From Verrucomicrobiia bacterium (GTDB lineage: Bacteria; Chloroflexota; Dormibacteria; Aeolococcales; Bog-877), in the NCBI GenBank assembly GCA_035532155.1, contig DATKRN010000069.1, positions 3,233 to 67,232 of the forward strand: a DNA stretch of 64,000 bases, in the 5' to 3' direction. This document shows, one piece after another, positions 56,355-64,000 of this stretch. Positions within the stretch are counted from its first letter, which is position 1; each line of letters starts with the position of its first letter. Under the pieces are notes generated by a model. The model saw nothing but the letters and a program-made list of their open reading frames with translations. It had not been told where the DNA came from and ran no database searches. The position numbers and the translations under genes were made by a program.

Positions 56355-57303
56355 ATGGTGGAGGCGACCCGCGACGGCCTGCGGGTCGCGATGGCCGCCG
56401 ATCCCCAGGTGCTGTGCCTCGGGCTCGACATCGGCCGCCTGGGCGGGGTCTTCCGGGTCACAAAGGGGCTGCAGCCGGACTTCGGAGCTGACCGGGTGGT
56501 GGACACCTCGCTGGCCGAGGGGGCGATCATCGGGGCGGCGATCGGGCTGGCGGTGTCGGGGCTGCGGCCGGTCGCCGAGCTGCAGTTCTTGGGATTCAGC
56601 CACCAGGGCTTCCACCAGCTGGGGGCCCAGCTCGGTCGCTTTCGGGTCCGCTCGCGGGGCCGGTGGTGGTGCGCGCGCCCTGCGGGGGCGGCATTCGCAG
56701 CCCGGAGTTCCACGCCGACGCGCTCGAGGCGCGGGTCGTGCAGATGCCTGGGATCAAGGTCGTGATACCCGCCACCCCGGGGGACGCCAAGGGGTTGCTG
56801 CTCAGCTCCATCCGAGACCCGGACCCGGTCGGGTTCGCGAGCCCGCGCGCCTCTACCGGCAGGGCCGAGAGGAGGTTCCGGAGGGCGACCACACGGTGCC
56901 GCTCGGGGTCGCGCGGGTGGCCCGCTGCGGGGACGACGTCAGCCTGATCGCGTGGAGCGCTGCGGTCGAGCTCTGCGGCCGGGCCGCCGACGTGCTCGCG
57001 GCGCAGGGGATCTCCGCCGAGGTGCTGGACCTGGGCACCCTGGTCCCGCTGGACGTGGAGGCGATCCTGGCCGCCGCCCGCCGCACCGGCCAGGTGGTGG
57101 TGGTGCCCGAGGCCCCGCTCTGGGGCGGCTTCGGCGCCGAGATCGGGGCCACCATCCAGGAGGAGGCGTTCCCCTTCCTGGACGGCCCGGTGCGGCGGGT
57201 GGCCGGCTGGGACACGCCCTATCCTCCCGGCCGCCTCGAGGACCTCTGCCTGCCCACGGTCGAGCGCGTGGTCGGGGCGGCGCGGGCGGCTGTGCTCGAG
57301 TGA
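56355..57303 (+). pseudogene. 2-oxo-acid dehydrogenase E1 beta subunit (pdhB/acoB-like), with at least two frameshifts
   Basis: Conserved E1 beta segments lie in three different frames: MVEATRDGLRVAMAADPQVLCLGLD..(frame 1) | [52 protein letters not shown] (frame 2, shift near 56655) | [39 protein letters not shown].. (frame 3, single-G loss near 56830 in ttcgcgGagccc). Confidence 0.7.
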
Positions 57304-57367
57304 GGCGGAGCCCGCCTGCCCTCGCCCACCCGATCGCGCCTGGGGGCTCGCGCCCCGGCGGGGCGGC

Positions 57368-58129
57368 TCACTCGTAGAAGGCGGGCGAGGTGCGAACCGT
57401 GCGCCACTGCTCGGCGTCGTGGCCGTAGAAGACGGTCGCCTCCCAGCCGCGGGCGCGCTCCAGCAGGGCGAGGGCGCTCTGGCGCGCCATCGCCGGATCG
57501 GCGTGGCCGCCCCAGCTGTCGTGGCGCAGGTTGTCCTCCTCGTAGATCGCGTCGCCGCAGATGACGAACGTCCCGTCCCGGGGCAGCCGCAGCCGCACCG
57601 ACTGGTGGCCGGGGGCGTGGCCGGGAGTGGGCCAGACCAGGATCTCGTCGCCGAGGTCGGTCTCGCCCTCCAGCAGGTGGTACTGAAGACCGTCCAGGCG
57701 CCAGTACTGGTTGGGGAAGGCCGGGTTGTCGGTGGCGGCCTCGAGATGCTCGCGCTGGACGTGGAAGGTGGCGTGGGGGAAGGCGTCGTTGTTGCCCGCG
57801 TGGTCGAAGTGCAGGTGGGTGTTGATCACGTCGGTGACGTCGGCCCCGCGCAGCCCGAGCTGGGCGAGTCGGAAGTCGATGGTGTCCTCCACCCGCATCA
57901 CCGGCCGCAGCAGGGTGGCGGTCTCGGTGCCGCGCCAGGTGCGGTCGGGGTCGTCGACATGGCTGCGGTGGATGCCGGTGTCGATCACCACCGTCCGGCC
58001 CGCCTCGGTGCGATACAGGTACCCCGCGATCGGGATGTGGATGCGCAGGCCATCGCCCACCCCCGGCGAGAGCACCCGCCCCTTGTCGCAGCAGGCCTGT
58101 CCCAGGGGCAGGACGTAGAGACGGGGCAC
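57368..58129 (-). CDS. Metallo-beta-lactamase-fold hydrolase (AiiA-like N-acyl-homoserine-lactonase family)
   Basis: HLHFDHAGN (HxHxDH) motif. Start not pinned: no GTG/ATG sits directly before VPRLYVLPLG, so the listed ATG at 58342 may be correct. Confidence 0.7.
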   Translation of the reverse strand: MPRLYVLPLGQACCDKGRVLSPGVGDGLRIHIPIAGYLYRTEAGRTVVIDTGIHRSHVDDPDRTWRGTETATLLRPVMRVEDTIDFRLAQLGLRGADVTDVINTHLHFDHAGNNDAFPHATFHVQREHLEAATDNPAFPNQYWRLDGLQYHLLEGETDLGDEILVWPTPGHAPGHQSVRLRLPRDGTFVICGDAIYEEDNLRHDSWGGHADPAMARQSALALLERARGWEATVFYGHDAEQWRTVRTSPAFYE

Positions 58130-58291
58130 GGCGGGGATGGTAGCGGGCGGGGGCGAGCGCGCGCGCCGTCCCGGACGGCAGGCACCGGGGACGGGGCGGC
58201 CCTGGGAGCCGGCGTCCCCCGGGCCCCAGGCCCGGTGCACGCGCCGGCGGGCTGGGTATGGTGCGGGGGTGGGCACGGGTCTCGGGTGGGT

Positions 58292-59087
58292 GGCGGGGGG
58301 TCCCGGCCCGACCGTCGCGGGGCTCGCGGTCGTCCCGGTCAAGTCCCTTCGCCTGCGTCATCCGGCCGAGGTGCGCCTGGAGCTCCACGGCGCCGTCGGC
58401 GACCGCCACCTCTTTCTTGTCGACCGGCAGCACCACCTCTACAACGGCGTCCGCCGCGGCCGCTTGGTCCAGATCGGCGCCGAGCTGGTCGAGCCCGACG
58501 GGTGGCTGGTGCTGGAGTTCCCCGACGGCTGTCGGGTCGAGGGGACCACCGCCGAGCTGGGCGCCCGCCGGCTGGCGAGCGTGTACGGCCGGCGGGTTCC
58601 GACCCGCCTCGTGGTGGGGCCGTTCGCCGCCGCGCTCTCCGACTTCTGCGGGCACGAGCTGGAGCTGGTCCGTCCCGACCAGCTCGGGGCCGGCCACGAT
58701 GTCCACCCGGTGACGCTCGCCTCGACCACCTCTCAGCTGGCACTGGCCGGCCGGGTCGACGACCCACGCCTTGGAGACGACCGGCGCTTTCGCATGCTGA
58801 TGACCCTGGCGGGCTGCGGCGCCGACGAGGAGGACGGCTGGACCGGGCGACTACTGGGCGTGGGCGAGGCGGTGCTGCGGGTGGGCGGGCCGGTCCCGCG
58901 CTGCGGGGTGACGCAGCAGGATCCTGACACCGGTCAATTCCAGCTCCCCACCCTGCGCCATCTCGCCGCGCACCGTCCCAGGGGCGAGGACGGTCGGTCG
59001 GTGCTCTTCGGGATGTACGCCGAGGTGGTGATCCCGGGACGGGTCCGGCTCGGCGACGAGGTCGTGCCCGTCGATCCCGCGGGCTGA
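58292..59087 (+). CDS. MOSC-domain protein (YcbX-like, N-terminal beta-barrel plus MOSC)
   Basis: AVVPVKS N-terminal motif, GDRHLFLVD, RFRMLMTL, conserved Cys in PRCGVTQQDPDTG. Start is an approximate GTG. Confidence 0.7.
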
Positions 59088-59684
59088 CGTGCTGCCCCGG
59101 GCGGCGGGGCGGGCACCGGTCCTCGTGCGGGCGGACCTTGCGCCCAAGACGCGGGAGCCCGCCTGCGCCAGGGCTCTCGCCCGCGGGTCGGCGCGGGCCG
59201 GTCGGGTCGGCCGACCATGAGCGACTCCAGCGGGACCCGCGCCGGTGGGCGGCCGTGTGGGCGGGATCGGTGGTGACCGCGCCCACCGCCGGGCGGGGTG
59301 GACACGGTCGGCGGCGACCCGTCCCGGACCCAGCCCAGACCGGCCGCCGCACCCTGCGCGGCGTCCTCGTGCTGGTCCGAGGCCATCGGCGGCATCGCCG
59401 TGAGGCGGTTGCGGGCAGGCAGCAAGGAGATCGAAGCCCGCGCCGGATCACTCCCTCCCAGGCGCTGACGGATCGGGCTGGGCGCTGGTCCCCTGGCACC
59501 ACCCACCTCCCGTGGTGAGGGCGGAGTAACAACTCGCGGCTGCGCTCCCCGGTCGTGCACGGGGGTCGTGCACGGGGGGGGGGTCGGCCGCGGCCCTTAG
59601 CGCAGCTGGGCGGCCCAGCGGCGAGCCGCCGGGCGGGGCGCACGCGGCAGCGTCCTCGGGGCTCTGCTGGCGGGCGCCCCGGGA

Positions 59685-61130
59685 TTAGGGGGTGGAGGGC
59701 GGCATCACGCCTTCACCCCGGGGCCGCGGCCGGGCGTCTGCGACCGCCTCCTCGAAGGCGCGCGCGAGCTGAAGCACCCCCAGATCGTCGCGGGGGCGGC
59801 CCACGATCTGGATCCCGATCGGGAGACCGTTGGAACTGACGGTTGCCGGGACGGAGATCGCCGGCGCCGCCAGGGTGCTGATCCGGGAGCACGACCGCAT
59901 CCAGGTGAGGTAGTTGGACATCGGCTCCCCGGCGATCGACCGCACCCAGGGCACGGTCAGGTCGAAGGGAAGCACCTGGCTGACCGGCACCACCCAGAAT
60001 TCGTGCGCGGCGAAGAAGGCGCCCGCCCGCTCGACCAGCACCGAGCGACGCTGCTGGGCCCAGGCTAGGTCCTGGGCGGTGACGGTGCGGCCGTAGGCGA
60101 GGTTCTCGCGCACCATCGGCGCCACCCGCTGGTCGTCCTCCGCCACGATCCCGCCCAGGTCGGCCGCGACCTGCCAGCCGCGCAGGATCTCGAAGATCCG
60201 ATCGGCGTCCTGGAGATCGGGCTCGGCCTCCTCCACCTGGCAGCCCAGCCGTTCGAACACCGGCAGCTGCGCGCGCACGCCCGCCAGCACCTCGGGCTCG
60301 AAGGGCAGGCCCCCGAGGTCGCGGCCAAAGGCCACCCGGACCCCCCGGAAATCGCGCCCGAGATCCCGGTCGAAGTGGCGTCCCTCCTCGGGCAGGCATC
60401 CCGGGGCCCGCAGGTCGGGCCCGGCCAGCGTCGACAGCAGCAGGGCGCTGTCGTCCACCGTTCGGGCCATCGGCCCGAGCACGGCGAGGTCGAACCAGGC
60501 GCTGCTCGAGGGAACGTCGGGGACGCGCCCCGGGCTGGGGCGCAGCCCCACCACGTTGCAGAAGCTGGCGGGGTTGCGCAGCGAGCCGCCCAGATCGCTG
60601 CCATCGGCGATCGCGATCATGCCGCTGGCGAGGGCGCTGGCTCCGCCCCCGGTGCTGCCCCCGCTGGTGCGGCTGGGGTCGTGGGGATTGCGGGTGGCGC
60701 CGAAGATGCGGTTGTGCGTCTGCGATCCCATCCCAAATTCGGGGGTGTTGGTCTTGCCCATCATCACCGCGCCGGCAGCGCGGGTGCGCTCGACCAGGAG
60801 GTGGTCGCGGGTCGGCACGTGGTTGGCGAAGAGGAGCGAGCCGTAGGTGGTGCGGACCCCGGCGGTGTCGACCAGGTCCTTGTGCGCGATCGGCAGCCCG
60901 TGGAGCGCCCCCACCGGCCCGGCACGCACGATCTGCTGGTCGAGATCGGCGGCGCGGGCGAGCGCGGTGTCGGCACAGAGCGTGACGATCGCATTGAGGG
61001 AGGGATTGACGGCCGCGATCCGCGCGAGGTGGGCCCCCACCACCTCGCGCGCCGATACCCTGCGCGCGCGCAGGAGCCGGGCCAGCTCGCGGGCGCTGGT
61101 GGAGCAGAGGTCGGCGGGGTCGCGGTCCAT
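59685..61130 (-). CDS. Amidase (amidase-signature family, GatA-like)
   Basis: Ser-cisSer-Lys signature GGSTGGGASALASG with upstream K(HKD). 481 aa. Confidence 0.85.
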   Translation of the reverse strand: MDRDPADLCSTSARELARLLRARRVSAREVVGAHLARIAAVNPSLNAIVTLCADTALARAADLDQQIVRAGPVGALHGLPIAHKDLVDTAGVRTTYGSLLFANHVPTRDHLLVERTRAAGAVMMGKTNTPEFGMGSQTHNRIFGATRNPHDPSRTSGGSTGGGASALASGMIAIADGSDLGGSLRNPASFCNVVGLRPSPGRVPDVPSSSAWFDLAVLGPMARTVDDSALLLSTLAGPDLRAPGCLPEEGRHFDRDLGRDFRGVRVAFGRDLGGLPFEPEVLAGVRAQLPVFERLGCQVEEAEPDLQDADRIFEILRGWQVAADLGGIVAEDDQRVAPMVRENLAYGRTVTAQDLAWAQQRRSVLVERAGAFFAAHEFWVVPVSQVLPFDLTVPWVRSIAGEPMSNYLTWMRSCSRISTLAAPAISVPATVSSNGLPIGIQIVGRPRDDLGVLQLARAFEEAVADARPRPRGEGVMPPSTP

Positions 61131-61271
61131 CGCCGCGTCACGTTACCGCGGCGGCGGACCCCGGTGCGCCCGAGCGCACTGGGGCGCCGACCCGCCTCCT
61201 ATCGATGGGGCCGGCGGGCTACGCCGTGATCCGGAGCCGGGACGAGCCGCCGACAGCCGGATCCGGCGCGG

Positions 61272-62051
61272 TCAGAATCCGGGGAAGACCCGGCGCAGAT
61301 CGTCGAGAGACCCGTCCCAGCCGTCGAGCGCGAGCGCGGGGGTGTGCTGCGGATCCATCCGTCCGTAGACGAGGCGCAGGAACGCCTCTGCCGGAAGCCG
61401 CAGCTCGCCGTCGGCGGGCCCCGGGGAATCCGACTCCAGGCGCACGCCGTCCTCCACCGCCAAAAGCCAGCGCCGCTCGGGGTCGCTCGCGTGGACCCGC
61501 AGGCGCAACCGGGCTGAGCCTGGCTTGCCGATCCGCGACGCCATCAGCGCCAGCCGGTCAACCAGCAGCTCCACCGCGTCGGGGGAGACCACCGCGGCCG
61601 CGTCGAGCGCCACCGCCACGTCCCAGACATGGATCGCGTGCTCGCTGAGGCGCATCCCGATCGCGCCGGCGGCGTCGAGCTCCATTCCGGCCAGGCTCAC
61701 GTGGATCGCGGCCAGCTGCGCGTCGTCGAGGGCCTGGAGCCCGCGCACCGCCTGCTCGTCGACCCGGCGGCAGTCGCGCGCCTGCTCCTGCGGCGACTTG
61801 GCGTTCCAGCGGTCCCAGATCGCCTGATTCGACTCCCCGGGCGTGGCCACCTCGCCCGCGGCGGCCGCGACGAGACGCGCGACGCTGATCTCGGCTCCGC
61901 TGCCGAGGTGCGACAGCACCTGGGCGATGCTCCACTGGCTGGCGTAAGAGGGGCCGGTCAGCTGCTCGTCGGTGAGCTGGTCGATCAGGCTGACGAGGCG
62001 GGCGTGGGAGCGGCTGAGGGCGGCGATCCAGATCCGGGGATCGGTCTGCAT
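61272..62051 (-). CDS. Mycothiol-dependent maleylpyruvate-isomerase N-terminal domain (DinB_2/TIGR03083) family protein
   Basis: Start MQTDPRIWIAALSRSH... with W..AQVLSHL and H..W.D motifs of the actinobacterial TIGR03083 family. Confidence 0.65.
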   Translation of the reverse strand: MQTDPRIWIAALSRSHARLVSLIDQLTDEQLTGPSYASQWSIAQVLSHLGSGAEISVARLVAAAAGEVATPGESNQAIWDRWNAKSPQEQARDCRRVDEQAVRGLQALDDAQLAAIHVSLAGMELDAAGAIGMRLSEHAIHVWDVAVALDAAAVVSPDAVELLVDRLALMASRIGKPGSARLRLRVHASDPERRWLLAVEDGVRLESDSPGPADGELRLPAEAFLRLVYGRMDPQHTPALALDGWDGSLDDLRRVFPGF

Positions 62052-62083
62052 GAGAGCTCCCGGGTGCGGGGCGGGGGAGGCGC

Positions 62084-62653
62084 TCACCCCGCGTCGGGCT
62101 GATGGTCGAAGCGGGCGGACATGGCGAGGGCCGCGCGGGATGACGCCATCCCGAGAGGACTCCAGGTCATCCCTAGCTGGGTTCGGTCGATGTCAGCGGT
62201 CGCGGTGACCGTGACCGAGTCGGGCGAGCGCTTGTCGATCGTGGCGGTGAGGGTGAGCGGCTGAGTTTTTCCCGCCGCCTCAAGGGTTCCCTCCAGCGCG
62301 TAGGCGCCGCCGGGCTGGGGGGTTCCCCGGGTGATCGTCACCACCACCTCGGGGTGGCGCTCGGCGTCGAAGAAGTCGGGGGAGCGCAGGTGGCCGTCGC
62401 GCTTCGGGTTCCCGGTGGTGAGCGACACGGCCCGGATTGCGACCCGTCCCGTGAGGCTGCCATCCGCCGCCACCCGGCCGCCGCCCGCGAAGGTCTGGAA
62501 ACGTCCGCGCACCGTCATGAGGCCCCAGAAGTTCCCCACGCGGAAGGTGGCCTCGGTGCCCTCACCGGCCAGGGTCCAGGTGCCCGGCGCCAGTGACGCG
62601 GGGTCAGCCACCGCCGCGGCCGGGGGCGGGCTATGGAGGGGTAATTCGGTCAT
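62084..62653 (-). CDS. YceI-family polyisoprenoid-binding protein
   Basis: TWTLAGEGTEATFRV...HLRSPDFFD YceI beta-barrel pattern. 189 aa. Confidence 0.8.
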   Translation of the reverse strand: MTELPLHSPPPAAAVADPASLAPGTWTLAGEGTEATFRVGNFWGLMTVRGRFQTFAGGGRVAADGSLTGRVAIRAVSLTTGNPKRDGHLRSPDFFDAERHPEVVVTITRGTPQPGGAYALEGTLEAAGKTQPLTLTATIDKRSPDSVTVTATADIDRTQLGMTWSPLGMASSRAALAMSARFDHQPDAG

Positions 62654-63144
62654 GGGCGAACTCCTTGATCATGGGTCGATGGCTCGCCGCTGCGGCGGGC
62701 GAGGCCCTCGGCGAGAGTGGTGACGCTGTCGGCGAACGCCGAGCGCTGTCGCGGAGTGAGGTCGTCGAAGAGGGAGGCGATCGCGGCCATCCGCGGTCCC
62801 AGGGCGGAGCCGGCAGCCTGCCGCCCGGCCTCGGTCAGCTCGACTACGGTGGCGCGGCGGTCGGCGGGGTGGTCCCGGCGCACCACCAGCCCCTCGGCCT
62901 CGAGGGTGTCGACCGCGTGGGTCATGCTGCGGGCGCTCAGCCCGACCCGGGCGCCCAGCTGTCGCATCATGGCGGGACCGTGGCCCTGGAGGGCGTCGAG
63001 CAGACAGAGATGGTGGAAGGGGATCCCGTCGCCGGTGGCCGTCTCCACCCACCGCAGGAATGCGGCCGCGAACCGGGCCGTCCGCTCCGCCAGTCGATGC
63101 TGCCGGGAGGCGTCTTCGGTTTCGATTGACCGGCCAACTGAATC
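62650..63144 (-). CDS. MarR-family transcriptional regulator
   Basis: wHTH MRQLGARVGLSARSMTHAVDTLEAEGLVVRRDHPADRRATVVELTEAGR. GTG start. Track ORF 62650..63987 is mostly antisense artefact. Confidence 0.75.
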   Translation of the reverse strand, partial: DSVGRSIETEDASRQHRLAERTARFAAAFLRWVETATGDGIPFHHLCLLDALQGHGPAMMRQLGARVGLSARSMTHAVDTLEAEGLVVRRDHPADRRATVVELTEAGRQAAGSALGPRMAAIASLFDDLTPRQRSAFADSVTTLAEGLARRSGEPSTHDQGVRP

Positions 63145-63229
63145 CACTGTGATGATCACCGTGGTGATTGTATCATCCTGCAGTGATGGGCGGCGGGCTG
63201 TGAGCCGGGGGGGCGTACCCTGGCGGCTG

Positions 63230-63760
63230 ATGCTGCGCTCGTCGACCCCCCCGCTCGTCGTCTGCATGGGGGTGAGTGGATCGGGGAAGTCCACCGTGGG
63301 GGCGCGACTGGCCGCCCGCCTGGGCTGGAGCTTCGTCGACGCCGATGATCTGCATCCGCTCGCCAACCGCGCCAAGATGCGCGCGGGGCTCCCGCTCGAC
63401 GAGGCGGACCGCTCCCCCTGGCTGGCGCGGCTCCGCGCCGTCATCGACGAGCACCGGACCGTGGGCCACGCCCTGGTGTTGGCGTGCTCGGCGCTCACCG
63501 GCAGCAGCCGGGACGCGCTCACGCCCGCCGGGGTGATCCCCGTGTACGTCCACCTGCAGGGGTCATCGAGCCTGCTCCAGGCCCGTGTCGCCGCCCGGCG
63601 CGGCCATTTTATGCAGCAGAGCCTGCTGGCGAGCCAGCAGGCTCTGCTGGACCCGCCCGCCGGGGCGATTGCGGTCGACATCTCCGAGCCGGTCGCCCGT
63701 GAGGTGGAGGACATCGTCGTCCGGCTGGGGGCGCGGGCCGTCTGGCGCTCGGGCGGGTGA
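63230..63760 (+). CDS. Gluconokinase (GntK/IdnK, shikimate-kinase-like P-loop)
   Basis: VVCMGVSGSGKSTVGARLAARLGWSFVDADDLHP..NRAKMRAGLPLDEADRSPWL. ATG at 63230. Divergent from MarR. Confidence 0.8.
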   Translation: MLRSSTPPLVVCMGVSGSGKSTVGARLAARLGWSFVDADDLHPLANRAKMRAGLPLDEADRSPWLARLRAVIDEHRTVGHALVLACSALTGSSRDALTPAGVIPVYVHLQGSSSLLQARVAARRGHFMQQSLLASQQALLDPPAGAIAVDISEPVAREVEDIVVRLGARAVWRSGG

Positions 63761-64000
63761 GTCGCCCACGCTGTGGTCGTCTCGGGTCGGGGGCCGGGAT
63801 CCCTTGCTTGAGGGTTGCCGGTCGCGTCCGCCTCCGACCGCCCGTGGCGGCGTGCCGTCGTGGGTGGCCGGCGGCGAGCTCTGCGGCAGACCGGGCACGG
63901 GTCCCAGTGGACCGACGGCCCCGGGAGCTCCCGCCCGCGCGGATCGGCCAGGGCCCTACACCAGCAGCTCCTCGGAACGGCCGGCACTCGGCAGTCGGGT

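Noticed and set aside
1-64000. CRISPR arrays, rRNA genes, insertion sequences, integrases
   Set aside because: None were seen: no regularly spaced direct repeats, no transposase or integrase motifs, and no rRNA-like conserved stretches.

Overview
This is a high-GC (about 70%, judged by eye) gene-dense chromosomal segment that looks actinobacterial. The evidence is a mycothiol-type DinB/TIGR03083 domain protein, a ferrochelatase with a C-terminal Cys cluster, many lipobox and twin-arginine signals, and GTG starts. About 55 protein genes, one tRNA-Gln and one decayed pseudogene locus are supportable. No CRISPR, rRNA, transposase or integrase was found.

Contents, left to right:
- 1..2600: a partial secreted protein and a Kelch-repeat lipoprotein.
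- 2600..6100: an NfeD-stomatin pair and a fused EtfB-EtfA flavoprotein.
- 6000..13500: a phenolic-lipid type cluster (type III PKS, ICMT-family methyltransferase, divergent acetoacetyl-CoA synthetase), then a secreted beta-propeller and a regulator with an ABC-2 exporter.
- 13500..16000: an APH-kinase/class-III aminotransferase fusion.
- 16000..35500: the most interesting block. It holds three PQQ-dependent alcohol dehydrogenase paralogues. Two carry the W-D-Y-D motif that marks lanthanide-dependent XoxF/PedH/ExaF enzymes, and all three are anchored by lipoprotein or membrane signals. With them sit two Tat-signal cupredoxins (one a two-domain protein), a MoxR AAA+ ATPase, two large VWA/Pro-rich membrane proteins, a DoxX-Sco1-like fusion and BNR/beta-propeller proteins. 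Part of this block (about 25.1..35.4 kb) has visibly lower GC and ends at a tRNA-Gln, so it may be an acquired island.
- 35500..64000: OsmC, a large secreted repeat protein, VapBC, a Rieske oxygenase, ferrochelatase, ROK kinase, a MerR regulator divergent from an isolated hpnH radical-SAM gene, moaA, a GS-like/GATase-2/Dabb operon, a likely broken Lrp gene, several oxidoreductases and hydrolases, a decayed TPP-dependent E1 alpha/beta pseudogene pair, an amidase and a MarR/gluconokinase pair.
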